Positions 37,639 to 47,018 of a stretch of DNA of 64,000 nt are shown piece by piece. The number at the start of each line of letters is the position of its first letter. Position 1 is the stretch's first letter. The stretch is taken from positions 1 to 64,000 of the IMG/VR virus record IMGVR_UViG_3300025015_000014. One strand, given 5' to 3'. The stretch is from a virus. The notes under the pieces were generated by a model that ran no database searches, was not told the DNA's origin, and was given only the letters and a program-made list of their open reading frames with translations. Made by a program: the position numbers and the translations under genes.

Positions 37639-39827
37639 CAAGACACCTCCATTCCGCCAAAAAGTACATCCCCAAGTTCCTCGTTAGAGGTACTCCCGGT
37701 TGTGATGTTATCGAGATCTGTGTTCCCCAGCTTGAACTCAGCGGGGTCAAACAAAGAAGCTGTCACTTCGGCATCCGACGCATTGGCCAAACGAATTGCC
37801 TCAGTCTGATAGACCTTTGGATCCTTGATGGGTGGGCTTGCGACCAGCCGCTTGTTGTATGCCTGACAGAACCCGTGGGCATTCTTCAGAGAACACGACT
37901 CACATCTATCCAGAGCCAACACGGTCTTGAGAGCATTCCCTCGATGCTTCAGGGCACCTTTATCACAACCGGTTATCCCGGCAGAAGAAACATAGGCTCC
38001 GGCATCCACATAGAGATGTCCGGACAAACCCTCATGTTGCCGACGGAGACTTGTCAGAATCTTGGCCCCGGCTGTCAACAGGGGCTTGGCAAATCGGGCC
38101 GCCAGGAGTTCATCGAAATCCCGACCCACAACCCCTTCGCTCATCTGTTGCCGTGCCCACCGGGCCATCCGTCGAAACTCTATAGCTGGGATTCCAGACC
38201 CCTGAGCCGCTGCCAGAAATCTCCGTTCCTCTGGGGGCAGATCAGTCACAGCCCGTCGAATCTGTGGGGCTGCCTCTTGAGTTGGCCCGACATACTCCGC
38301 AGTTTTGACTACTGGCAGAGCCACCTTTCGACGTTCTCGGGCTACTTGGACAGCAGCAACCGTGATTCGTTCGATCTCTGCCGCTGTCTTGCCAAGTTTC
38401 ACGATCCGTTGAGCTTCCGTTTTTGTGAGGCTTCCAGCCTTCACATGTCGGGCCAGAGCAACCATCGCCCGTTTCCGTTGGGCTGCCTCTACCTCTACCT
38501 GTTTCTCCTCGCCAGACTGGGGTTCCGGCTTCGGAGCTTCCTTGGCCCCTATTCCAACCCCGGCATAGACGGTGGTTGAATCGTGAGACGCAACTATTGC
38601 GGCAGCCTTCTTGGCCAGCAAAACTGGCTCGGCGATTGCAGCAGCTAGTTTTTGGGCTACGTCCCGTTGCAGACGACCCTCTTTGACCCAGCGGGCCATA
38701 ACCAACAGAACCTGCCGCCGTTTACCAGATACCGCCTTTTCCTCGGCCGTCTTGGGGGTCTCAACCGGAGCCTGTGGGGGCTGCTCCCGAGTGGCTTGTA
38801 CCTCGGGTTTCTCGACGGGTTGGAAGATGGAAGGGGGTAGCTTCTGAACCGGCTCAGACAGGAAGGCTGCCTTGAGCACGGCTTTTGGTTCCCCGGTAAA
38901 GACCTTGAAGCCCGCAGCCCGGAGGCGTCCTGTGTAGAAAGACAGGGCCTTCTTCCAAGGAACTTCCTGTACGGCTTCCATTGAGAGCTTGGGAGCAAGA
39001 GTGGGATCCTCTGTAATGACGTACCGAGCCGTTCGACAACCCCGTTTGACCTCTTGTACCCATTGCCCGTTCTTGAGTCCGGGGAACACGGAAGCCCGGA
39101 CAAATACCCGACCAGCAAGCCCGTGTTCGGCGACCAGACGTTTCCAGACCCCCTGGACCTTCCGGAAATCAGAACCCACGCTCTGTTTCAGTTCAGCCTC
39201 AATGCGTCGAAGGTCGTGTCCGAAATGGGATCGTCGCATCGCCCGATACACGGCGGCCTGAAGTTCCTCTGCCGTTCTTGCTCCTGGCAACCCAGACTTC
39301 GGCCCCCCTTCCTCTTCCAGGGTTTTCTCGTAGTCTGCAATCTCCTTGTCCTTGTTGGGCATCAAATGAATGCCGTCGGTCTGAGAACGACCCCAGGCTT
39401 TCTCCAGAGCTTGTTCTGTTGGTGATGGCGGCGGCAAAGCCACGTTCGGGTTATGAGGGAGTCGGTCTGGATCCTGTTCCTGAGTGGGATCTAACCAGGA
39501 TAGATCAATGACCCCAGCCTCTTTTGGAAGTGCCCCCTCATCTTCAGAAAGCATCTCGGCCAAGTCCGGGCCGATGTCATCCTCAGTCAGTTCGGCGAGA
39601 TCTAAGGGTTCTTCTGTTTCGGTCACAATGCCATCGGGAAGTCCGGACAACCCCTTGGTTTCGGGCAACCGGGCTGAATCCAACACCCCTTCGTTCATCG
39701 TCTGGTCGAACTGCCAACCATCAAGGCCGAAGTTCGAGCCATTCGTGAAGGTCACATCATCCTCGGGAAGAACAGATTCCCCGAGAAGGTTGGCAACCCA
39801 GTTGTCTCCTTGACGCTTGTTGGACAT
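37638..39827 (-). CDS. Large hypothetical protein with internal duplications and a Cys cluster
   Basis: AAGGAG upstream of the ATG at 39827. Repeated EHGLAGRVFV/HEGLSGHLYV and ARWVKEGRL/ARHVKAGSL, plus C..C.......C. Confidence 0.65.
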   Translation of the reverse strand: MSNKRQGDNWVANLLGESVLPEDDVTFTNGSNFGLDGWQFDQTMNEGVLDSARLPETKGLSGLPDGIVTETEEPLDLAELTEDDIGPDLAEMLSEDEGALPKEAGVIDLSWLDPTQEQDPDRLPHNPNVALPPPSPTEQALEKAWGRSQTDGIHLMPNKDKEIADYEKTLEEEGGPKSGLPGARTAEELQAAVYRAMRRSHFGHDLRRIEAELKQSVGSDFRKVQGVWKRLVAEHGLAGRVFVRASVFPGLKNGQWVQEVKRGCRTARYVITEDPTLAPKLSMEAVQEVPWKKALSFYTGRLRAAGFKVFTGEPKAVLKAAFLSEPVQKLPPSIFQPVEKPEVQATREQPPQAPVETPKTAEEKAVSGKRRQVLLVMARWVKEGRLQRDVAQKLAAAIAEPVLLAKKAAAIVASHDSTTVYAGVGIGAKEAPKPEPQSGEEKQVEVEAAQRKRAMVALARHVKAGSLTKTEAQRIVKLGKTAAEIERITVAAVQVARERRKVALPVVKTAEYVGPTQEAAPQIRRAVTDLPPEERRFLAAAQGSGIPAIEFRRMARWARQQMSEGVVGRDFDELLAARFAKPLLTAGAKILTSLRRQHEGLSGHLYVDAGAYVSSAGITGCDKGALKHRGNALKTVLALDRCESCSLKNAHGFCQAYNKRLVASPPIKDPKVYQTEAIRLANASDAEVTASLFDPAEFKLGNTDLDNITTGSTSNEELGDVLFGGMEVS

Positions 39828-40477
39828 TATCGGCTCCTTGCCTGATGGCGGGCCGCCACCCTCAACACCAACGGATCGGCACAACCCGTTGATGCCTGTT
39901 TCATCCGACTGGCCTTCTTACCCTGTTGTTCCTCATCCATCTCGGCTTCTTCGCCCTCGGCCCAATCCTCGGGATCTGCCTTGATTTCTTCCACGTCCTC
40001 CATGATCTCCTGAACCTGTTCCCGCTCCCTGGGCTGATCGGTCACATGTTCTGACGACCAATGGGGAGCATGGATCTCATCATAGAGGGTGTCGGACAAA
40101 GAGGAAAGAGCCTCCACCACGTTCATGAAAGCCCGTCGCATCTCGGCAATCTTCTGAATGTAGCCTCGGCCGCCCAAGTTCCCATCAGGACTAAGGGCTG
40201 CTGATTTCAACCGAGTAAAAGAATCATAGGCCGACAAAGCATGTCCCATGGACATCAAGGTAGAACGCAAGGTTCTGGCTAAGGGTTGGAGTTTCCGGGC
40301 ATCAAACTTGAAGTCCGGATCCATCTTCCGTTTCTCTGGCCCAGGAACACCCCAGCCCCAGTTCTTGTCATCGGATCCCCGGTCCTTGATGAAACGAACT
40401 TCGCCAGCCGTTTTCACTCGCTGGGATCGAACAGCCACTCGGGCTATCAAGCTGTCATTCCGGGTTTTGTGACTCAT
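39827..40477 (-). CDS. Hypothetical protein
   Basis: Starts MSHKTR. Contains IARVAVRS near the N-terminus and LRVAARH near the C-terminus. Confidence 0.65.
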   Translation of the reverse strand: MSHKTRNDSLIARVAVRSQRVKTAGEVRFIKDRGSDDKNWGWGVPGPEKRKMDPDFKFDARKLQPLARTLRSTLMSMGHALSAYDSFTRLKSAALSPDGNLGGRGYIQKIAEMRRAFMNVVEALSSLSDTLYDEIHAPHWSSEHVTDQPREREQVQEIMEDVEEIKADPEDWAEGEEAEMDEEQQGKKASRMKQASTGCADPLVLRVAARHQARSR

Positions 40478-40500
40478 CTCTCCCACCCAAAGACCCCATT

Positions 40501-40517
40501 GTATAGGCCGATAACCA
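40501..40517 (-). promoter_or_regulatory. Candidate phage late promoter (TGGTTA-N5-CTAT)
   Basis: Minus strand TGGTTATCGGCCTATAC in the gap upstream of 40477. Confidence 0.35.
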
Positions 40518-40520
40518 GAC

Positions 40521-41384
40521 TTACCCCCCTGCCAAGGTCTCAGCCTGGGGCACCCCAAAGTCTTTCTCCAGGTTCACCGAATCGAAATGGAACCGTCGTC
40601 CATCCCAGATCAAGTACCGATGGCCAATCAAGTACAGGAGTCGGGCTATAATGGCTGCCGGAAACAGGGTGAACGTCCCGAGATGCAGGGCATTCATCAA
40701 GGCTCCGATGGCTGAACTGGGAAGAGACCCCAACAAATCAACCAAAGCAATGTGTCCAGTCATGGCATCTGTCAGGCTCTTCACATCCCACTCGAACTCC
40801 ACGACGTTGAACCAAACCCAGATGTAGATAGCAGCCATCAACACCGTGGAGACCACCGGGAGATGTTCCCGAAGCCACTGGTCGAACTGATCCACCTTGG
40901 CTTTGGCATGAGTGCGTAACCAACGGTCAAAAGCCGGGTACTTCTTGACCAACTTGTCCAGAAGGTCATTCACACTGAAGACCTTGCCCTTCTCCAGGGT
41001 GTAGATCTTCAGAGGCCAGGTCTCAAAAGCCTTCTCCAACAGACCCCGAAGATACCTGTAGCCCTTCTGAGCCAACTCCTTGATCGCCTTGGGGATGTCC
41101 CAGAGAGACTCGATGCCTATGAGACTCTTGAACTTCTCCCATAGTTGCGGGGCTTTCTTGAAAAGGTCGGTCAGTTGCTTGAGCTTCTGGATCAGACCCG
41201 CCACATGGATTTGGCCTGAGTGTGTTGGGAGGTAGAATCCCTCAACGAAGGCTTCTACCACACGGGGGGTCAGATCGTGGAGGGTTGCCCCTCGGGTTCT
41301 GAAGGCTGGGGTCTCACAGGCTTGTCGAACAGCGAGCCTGATGAGATACCGATCAGCAACCCTTTGAGCCAGATCCTGCATCAA
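40521..41384 (-). CDS. Hypothetical protein with C-terminal hydrophobic helices
   Basis: N-terminal LAQRVADRYL. Hydrophobic segments VVSTVLMAAIYIWVWF and TLFPAAIIARLLYLI. Confidence 0.6.
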   Translation of the reverse strand: MMQDLAQRVADRYLIRLAVRQACETPAFRTRGATLHDLTPRVVEAFVEGFYLPTHSGQIHVAGLIQKLKQLTDLFKKAPQLWEKFKSLIGIESLWDIPKAIKELAQKGYRYLRGLLEKAFETWPLKIYTLEKGKVFSVNDLLDKLVKKYPAFDRWLRTHAKAKVDQFDQWLREHLPVVSTVLMAAIYIWVWFNVVEFEWDVKSLTDAMTGHIALVDLLGSLPSSAIGALMNALHLGTFTLFPAAIIARLLYLIGHRYLIWDGRRFHFDSVNLEKDFGVPQAETLAGG

Positions 41385-42055
41385 AAACCCCTCGTCTCCG
41401 CCTCTGTTCCCCTAGCCTCAGCCTGTGTCTCATCAGACATGGAAAAGCGTCGTCTCGCTGCTTCGCGGGCCGACTGGGACATTTTCTGCCGAGTGGCTTC
41501 CGAAACTGGCGGACGATGAAGGGCATATTCCCGCATCTTCTGTTTGGCTTCCTCTGTATGGGGCCTCCCCACAGGAGCAGGTCGTCCCGCAAAAGCCTTC
41601 TGCATTTTCTCTCTATGCCCTGGGGTAGCCCAAAGAGACCTGGCTTTCTGTGCAGCCTCCTGCCGAAGAGTCCCGTCTTGCCACCGACGGGTCTGAACCT
41701 CGTGTAGATTTAGTCGCTGTTCTGTCGTTCGGGTCTTGCCCTTTAAAGCTGCCGACAACCTCTGCCGATAAACCGGATCTTGAGCACGTTTCTGAGCTAC
41801 TTGGCACATCAAACCTCTTGATGTAGGGCTTCGCTTTTTACCTTTGCTCAAACGAGACATCAAAGCCTTGAACTCCGAAGAGATGGCCTCTTGGTATGTC
41901 TTATCTTCATGGCAATTTGCACAAATAAGCTGCCTGTTCTCGGCCTCATCTGACCCCCCTTGCCACTTTGGGACAACATGATCCCAGTGTAAAGAGGTCC
42001 GCCAACAACCACACTTGGTACAATTTCCACTCGGACGCTTGCGAGTCTTAGTCAT
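41381..42055 (-). mobile_element. HNH endonuclease with NUMOD3-like repeats (putative homing endonuclease)
   Basis: C..C.....LHWDHVVPKWQGGSD...N.Q.ICANCH..KT, followed by GKKRS/GKTRT/GRPHTEEAKQKM repeats. Confidence 0.8.
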
Positions 42056-42081
42056 GGCTTCAGTATAACAGATCAAGCCCA

Positions 42082-42744
42082 TCATACAATACCAAAAACC
42101 AACAGCCACGAAGGCGATCCATCATTGCCCCAACCATCTGGTTCAACCCGCTTTCCAGAAGGGGTTGTGGCCACTGCATCATCCGACATTTTCTCCAATC
42201 GGGCTAAACCTGGTGGCTTTGCCACTCCCCCGACCATCTCCCAAAGTCGGGTGATGGATACCTTCATGGGGTCAAACCGGTAGTTTCGTCCGGTCGTGGG
42301 CGACACCCATTCCAGAACCAAATGGGCCAGGGTTGCTCCATGGGGATCCCGTTCACCGAGATACTTGACCTCGGCACGGGTTCCTTTGGGGACTATGTCC
42401 CCGTTCTTGAGCTTCAGGTCTTTCTTGGTGGCGGTCATCCCGGCCTTCTTCTGACTGGCAAAAAAATGACTGGGAAGCCTGAGACCCAAAGAATTAGCCG
42501 CCTTGAAGATGTTGTTCCTCTGAAGGTCTGGTTGCCACCGACCTACGTTCTCGACGGATCCATGAAGCCGAGCGAGAGCCTCACGCTGGTTAGTTGTCAG
42601 GTCTAGGGCATCGGCAAGAGCCGACCAAACATCCCGGAGCAATTCGGCTGATTGTTCATCAGTTTTTGCCAGACTGTCATAGAGCCTCTCAAAGGCTTGA
42701 CGCCCAACCAGAGCCCCCAAAACATCATGTCCGGTCATGGGCAT
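42082..42744 (-). CDS. Modular hypothetical protein
   Basis: 220-aa ORF with two parts joined at 'KKAG'. Ends VEPDG..DG.PSWLL..G, a motif seen in small phage proteins. Confidence 0.6.
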   Translation of the reverse strand: MPMTGHDVLGALVGRQAFERLYDSLAKTDEQSAELLRDVWSALADALDLTTNQREALARLHGSVENVGRWQPDLQRNNIFKAANSLGLRLPSHFFASQKKAGMTATKKDLKLKNGDIVPKGTRAEVKYLGERDPHGATLAHLVLEWVSPTTGRNYRFDPMKVSITRLWEMVGGVAKPPGLARLEKMSDDAVATTPSGKRVEPDGWGNDGSPSWLLVFGIV

Positions 42745-42745
42745 A

Positions 42746-43303
42746 TTACACCTTCAAGGGTTTGCCATTTTCGGAAAACAGCCGTTCGATCACGTAGTTC
42801 TCGCCCTGTTTCTTGACTGCCCACAAGTCCTTGGTGGCCTTGTGAACCAGATCATCGCCATGCTTCGAGGAGGCAAAGAAAGAGGACAAGTCCCCTAAGT
42901 CACTGACTACCATTCGCATCGACCGAGCATGACGAGTAGCCGTAGAAGCCAGCCGAAGATGCTCTGCCATGATAGGTCTGAACTTGCCGTCATCCCAAAG
43001 GACAAAAGCTCGTTCGTCGAGAGCCGTGACATCCCCTGATCCAGAACGAACCGTGACAACGGTACCCTCGGAATTTGGTTCTGGGGCATCTGGGTAGGTT
43101 AGCAATGCCCCCAGATTGGCCACGAAACGAACCCGTGTACCCGCCGGTTGGGGGAGCGGGAGTGCCTTGGCGGCCCTGGCGGCATCCGTAAGGTCTCGCA
43201 GGGCTATCGTCTGTGACCCCTGGAGCTTTCGTTCCTGAAGGTGATGGTCAATGGCGGATTCAACCACGTAGGCTGTGCTCATGTCATCCCAGAAGCCGTC
43301 CAT
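42746..43303 (-). CDS. Hypothetical protein (SH3-like central domain)
   Basis: AGGAGG RBS before the ATG at 43303. GTRVRF...GTVVTV...FVLWDDG. Confidence 0.6.
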   Translation of the reverse strand: MDGFWDDMSTAYVVESAIDHHLQERKLQGSQTIALRDLTDAARAAKALPLPQPAGTRVRFVANLGALLTYPDAPEPNSEGTVVTVRSGSGDVTALDERAFVLWDDGKFRPIMAEHLRLASTATRHARSMRMVVSDLGDLSSFFASSKHGDDLVHKATKDLWAVKKQGENYVIERLFSENGKPLKV

Positions 43304-43305
43304 GT

Positions 43306-44025
43306 TTAGACCCCTCCTGGAATAGGAGCCTGTTTCCCCACCCGATCCCCAGGAGAGGCAACGTCCAACAAATAGGCATTCCCGTTCGGCGTCCGCCAAT
43401 AACCCCCAAAGAGACTACTGTCATCCCGCCATTTCATTTGCTGTCCACGGGCAAAAGTCTCGATCTGATCAAGGCTTCCCATAGCCACAATCGTACCTGT
43501 GGCCCCCGTCACGGACGCTTGCTCCACCAACTTGAGGTTCCTGTCACCGGCTGTTCTCCGCAACAGGGGCAAGAGGTGTTGTCTCAGTTCTGGGTGCTCA
43601 TGAGCCAACTTGATGATCTGTTCTCGCAAGCCACTCGCTTTGAGAATGCGGTGCTCTTGTAGATACTTCAAAAGCCGTTCTGGTTCCGCCTGGGTCTCAT
43701 CCAAAACGAAAGCAATCGGGTTCTTCATGATGTGCTCGGCTATCCGTCTAGCCTCTTGCTCCGAACGAACCTTCTTGGAATACCACTGATAGTAAGGGGC
43801 TGATCCCCCATGCCCGGGATACCTTGGTGCCATGCTCACATGGAACTCATCGGGCTTTGCTACAACACTTCCCCGATCAACCACAACACCCACGAACAGA
43901 GTCTTGTTATACCAAGCTGCGATCTGCCACTCCGGAAACGGTACTTTCACTTCTTCCCATTTCAAGAATGCTCTTGGAGGGCGAACCTTCCAAAGATGCA
44001 ACCGGGCCAACATCTCATTCCCCAT
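43306..44025 (-). CDS. Two-domain protein joined by the shared helical tag
   Basis: TAATG overlap at 44025. Internal KASGLREQIIKLAHEHPELRQHLLPLLRRTAG. Confidence 0.65.
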   Translation of the reverse strand: MGNEMLARLHLWKVRPPRAFLKWEEVKVPFPEWQIAAWYNKTLFVGVVVDRGSVVAKPDEFHVSMAPRYPGHGGSAPYYQWYSKKVRSEQEARRIAEHIMKNPIAFVLDETQAEPERLLKYLQEHRILKASGLREQIIKLAHEHPELRQHLLPLLRRTAGDRNLKLVEQASVTGATGTIVAMGSLDQIETFARGQQMKWRDDSSLFGGYWRTPNGNAYLLDVASPGDRVGKQAPIPGGV

Positions 44026-45278
44026 TAGTTCACCCCTCCCCGGCACACAGTCCATCTCACGGACATCGTCTGTGCCGAATTGAAGTTGATCGTGAATCCA
44101 GCAGCCGTCCTGGCAGTGGTCCACGGTGGTTCGTCATTGGCCGGGTGAGCCCCAAGCTCCAAACCAACCCTGTAGTTTGTATCCGGCTGGGGCACAGCAA
44201 ACACAACCGCCTTAGTGGCCTCAGCCCCGAAAGCTACCTCCCCATACTGCACGGTTTCGCTCAAAGTGGCTGTTCCCCCTGGTGTGATCGTGCCCCTTGT
44301 TGACCCTGTCAAACGCAAGGCCAGGGAATCTGCGAGGGTGATGCTTCCCAGGGTCGAGCCCTGAATCACAATGGGTCGGTCTCCTGACAGGGTTGTCGTG
44401 GCTACCGTGCAGCCATTGAGCAAAACAGACCCGGTCCCGATCATCCCCAGAGTCACGGGGAACAGCAACGTGGAAACGGCACCCACGTCACAAGCGTCTA
44501 CCAGGTACAAGGGGGTGGCCCCATCGGACGGGAGGTCATTGGTGTTGTCATAGGTCAACTGAATACCGGGTACTCGGTTGATTGACCGAAGCATAACTCG
44601 GGAACAGTCTTCAGCACGGATCAGAGCCAGGGTCGAAGAAGCCATCTGGGAACCACCTTGAACCAGAATCCGATTGGCTGTGGTTGCCCATAGAGGATAG
44701 TTACCTCCCGCAGCCGAGGCTTCCAGGTCACAATCCAGGATCTGAATCCCTCGGAGACCAACATTGGAGGCAGCTCCACCCACGACCCGGACACAAGCAA
44801 AGGTGTCATGGATGTTCTGAATCGTGAGTCCCTGAAGAATCACTGAGGTCGGGGTTGTTCCCAGGGCCGTCTGAATGACGATGGTGTGGTATGCAGCCGG
44901 ACCATTCGGAACCGTCTCGACTGCCCGAATGACCGGGTTACCCCAACCCAGAAGCATGACCCCATCGCGCACGATGTTGAGTGTCTCGGTGTAGAGGCCC
45001 GGCCCGACAATGACCACGTAGGGGTTCTGCCAGGAGGCACTGGACGGGATGACATCAAGAGCAGCCTGAATGGTTGTGTATCTGGCCCCGGCTCCGGATC
45101 GGCCTACGAGAAGAAGGTTGCCAACCGCGATCCCGGCCAGTTGTCGTAAGGTGATGGCCCCCGTGATGAGGGCATCCAGAAACTCCAGGGATCCATCAGT
45201 AGCACGACGGATCAGTCGTAGCCCTGCGGCACCGGGTTCAATCTGAAGTTGGTCAATCTGGAATGGATCTTGGGCCAT
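44025..45278 (-). CDS. Putative tailspike/virion protein with right-handed beta-helix and C-terminal lectin-like domain
   Basis: YTTIQAALD...VIVGPGLYTE is a pectin-lyase-like entry motif. C-terminal 'VVFAVPQPDTNYRV...RTAAGFTINF'. Confidence 0.6.
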   Translation of the reverse strand: MAQDPFQIDQLQIEPGAAGLRLIRRATDGSLEFLDALITGAITLRQLAGIAVGNLLLVGRSGAGARYTTIQAALDVIPSSASWQNPYVVIVGPGLYTETLNIVRDGVMLLGWGNPVIRAVETVPNGPAAYHTIVIQTALGTTPTSVILQGLTIQNIHDTFACVRVVGGAASNVGLRGIQILDCDLEASAAGGNYPLWATTANRILVQGGSQMASSTLALIRAEDCSRVMLRSINRVPGIQLTYDNTNDLPSDGATPLYLVDACDVGAVSTLLFPVTLGMIGTGSVLLNGCTVATTTLSGDRPIVIQGSTLGSITLADSLALRLTGSTRGTITPGGTATLSETVQYGEVAFGAEATKAVVFAVPQPDTNYRVGLELGAHPANDEPPWTTARTAAGFTINFNSAQTMSVRWTVCRGGVN

Positions 45279-45283
45279 TCAGC

Positions 45284-45970
45284 CTACCCCACAAACACGT
45301 CGTAGCCGACGGTAACAGATTGCCCAGCCCCAAGCACCTGACCCAAAATAATCGTGAACCCGGTCTTGGCCTTACTGGTGGCTGTAGCCGTAAAGAACCC
45401 GTTGGGAGAGAACACCACCCGGTAAGCCGCCGTGGACAAGGCCGCCGTAAACACTACCGCCTTTGATCCCCCATCTGCATCCGTCAGGGTTACTGTCCCA
45501 CTGGTGGTGCTCACTTGCTGCGTGGCAACCAGAATCACGTAGGTCACGGTGATGGGGACGAGTACCGTACCATAGATTGCCGGGGCTTCGGCTGTGAACC
45601 CGGTTGCCGTCTTGCCCGTGGTTCGAAGGATCGTCCCATCGGGGGTTGTGTAGACCACTCGATAGTTGGCGTTGTTGAGAACCCCTGGAGCAATGACCAC
45701 TGCCATTGAGGCTACGCCCGCAAAGACAATGTTCCCACTAACCACCTGTGTTTCGTGAAGAAGCTGTGTGGTTGTGTACTTGGCCTCTGTGATGTCATCC
45801 ATTACGGAGGTCGGGACACTGGTGATTGAATCTGTAATGAGTCCCTTTGGTCCTCGGATGTTTCGTACCGACACCAAACCCTGGGCGTCTACCACCACAT
45901 CGAAGTAGTAGCTCTGCCCCCCGGATGCGGAGGTGTAGGTGATTACGGATTGAGTACGAGAAAGCGCCAT
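45284..45970 (-). CDS. Putative virion protein with two lectin-like repeats
   Basis: Duplicated 'YRVV.......KT.TGFT...' modules similar to the C-terminus of 44025..45278. TGATG overlap at the start. Confidence 0.6.
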   Translation of the reverse strand: MALSRTQSVITYTSASGGQSYYFDVVVDAQGLVSVRNIRGPKGLITDSITSVPTSVMDDITEAKYTTTQLLHETQVVSGNIVFAGVASMAVVIAPGVLNNANYRVVYTTPDGTILRTTGKTATGFTAEAPAIYGTVLVPITVTYVILVATQQVSTTSGTVTLTDADGGSKAVVFTAALSTAAYRVVFSPNGFFTATATSKAKTGFTIILGQVLGAGQSVTVGYDVFVG

Positions 45971-46698
45971 CACACCCCTCGTGGCCGATGACGAAGCAAG
46001 GGTACCAAAAGGCAACGGAATTCCGGATGCTCATGGGCCAGCTTGGCAATCTGGTCCCGCAATCCCCCTGCCGTCTTGATCCTGACATCTCCTTCTATGT
46101 AGTTCCGCATGTTGAGGGAGAAACGCACCCCAGGGTATCTATCAAGATTGAATTTGATGCTCGACCCAGTAACAGCCACGATCTGTCCTGCATCCCCCAC
46201 CCGTATGGGGTATGCCCGACCAAACATGAGGGGCTTCAGGAACTCCAGGGTCATCCCTTTCTTGGGCTGAACGAGATGGGTTTCCCCAGCCTCAAGCAAG
46301 GTGAAATACTTGGGGTTCCACTGTCGAATTTTAGCCCCGTGTTGTTCCTGCGTCAGGGTGCCCCCACCCGCCTTTTGGGCCAGAATCTTGTCCCACTCCG
46401 GGTGTTCATACATGGGGATGCTGTACTCTATGTCCTCTTCGTACCAGTACGCCCCACCCCAAAAATCCCCGAGTTTGACAGCGGCAGGGGTCAACATCTT
46501 CCGGGCCACTGAGGGAGATACCATCAAGCCGCCGTGCCCCGCTGTAGTGAACCAACGAACCCCTGGGATTATGTTGTAGACCCCTTGAGCCGGTCCCCAT
46601 GGCGTTTTGGGGGCTTTCGGATCCGGAAACGGGTAGTCCGACCAAGAACCGTCTTCGCCCGCCGTTCTGTACATCTTACCAAATCCCTGTTGTTTCAT
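45970..46698 (-). CDS. DUF7007-like domain protein with C-terminal shared tag
   Basis: TPWG.AQ...PGV....TAGHGGL.VS...WYEED. C-terminal KTAGGLRDQIAKLAHEHPEFRCLLVPLLR. Confidence 0.6.
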   Translation of the reverse strand: MKQQGFGKMYRTAGEDGSWSDYPFPDPKAPKTPWGPAQGVYNIIPGVRWFTTAGHGGLMVSPSVARKMLTPAAVKLGDFWGGAYWYEEDIEYSIPMYEHPEWDKILAQKAGGGTLTQEQHGAKIRQWNPKYFTLLEAGETHLVQPKKGMTLEFLKPLMFGRAYPIRVGDAGQIVAVTGSSIKFNLDRYPGVRFSLNMRNYIEGDVRIKTAGGLRDQIAKLAHEHPEFRCLLVPLLRHRPRGV

Positions 46699-46999
46699 AG
46701 TCCCGTTTCTCGAACCAACTCTGAAGTTTCATCAAGGCTTCCCGGTTCCGGGACCATATCTCAACCGCATCGAAGTCCTCTTTGATCCCCAAGTCACGGA
46801 TTGGGGTCAGCCCTTCCATTGCCACGCGACCATCTCGGAAGGACTTCAGTAGACTCGGGAGATTCTTGATCTCACAGGTTCCATACAGGACACGGAGACG
46901 GTACTCGGGAGAAGCCATTTGCATGATCCAACGACGGGCAACCCGATGGACCATGATGACGTGTTTCTCTTTCTCGGGTTCTGGCACGGGTGCCCCCAC
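46676..46999 (-). CDS. Hypothetical protein
   Basis: First gene after the candidate late promoter. Contains MVHRVARRW. Confidence 0.6.
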   Translation of the reverse strand: MGAPVPEPEKEKHVIMVHRVARRWIMQMASPEYRLRVLYGTCEIKNLPSLLKSFRDGRVAMEGLTPIRDLGIKEDFDAVEIWSRNREALMKLQSWFEKRDYETTGIW

Positions 47000-47018
47000 T
47001 CTCTACCGTGGGGCTTCC

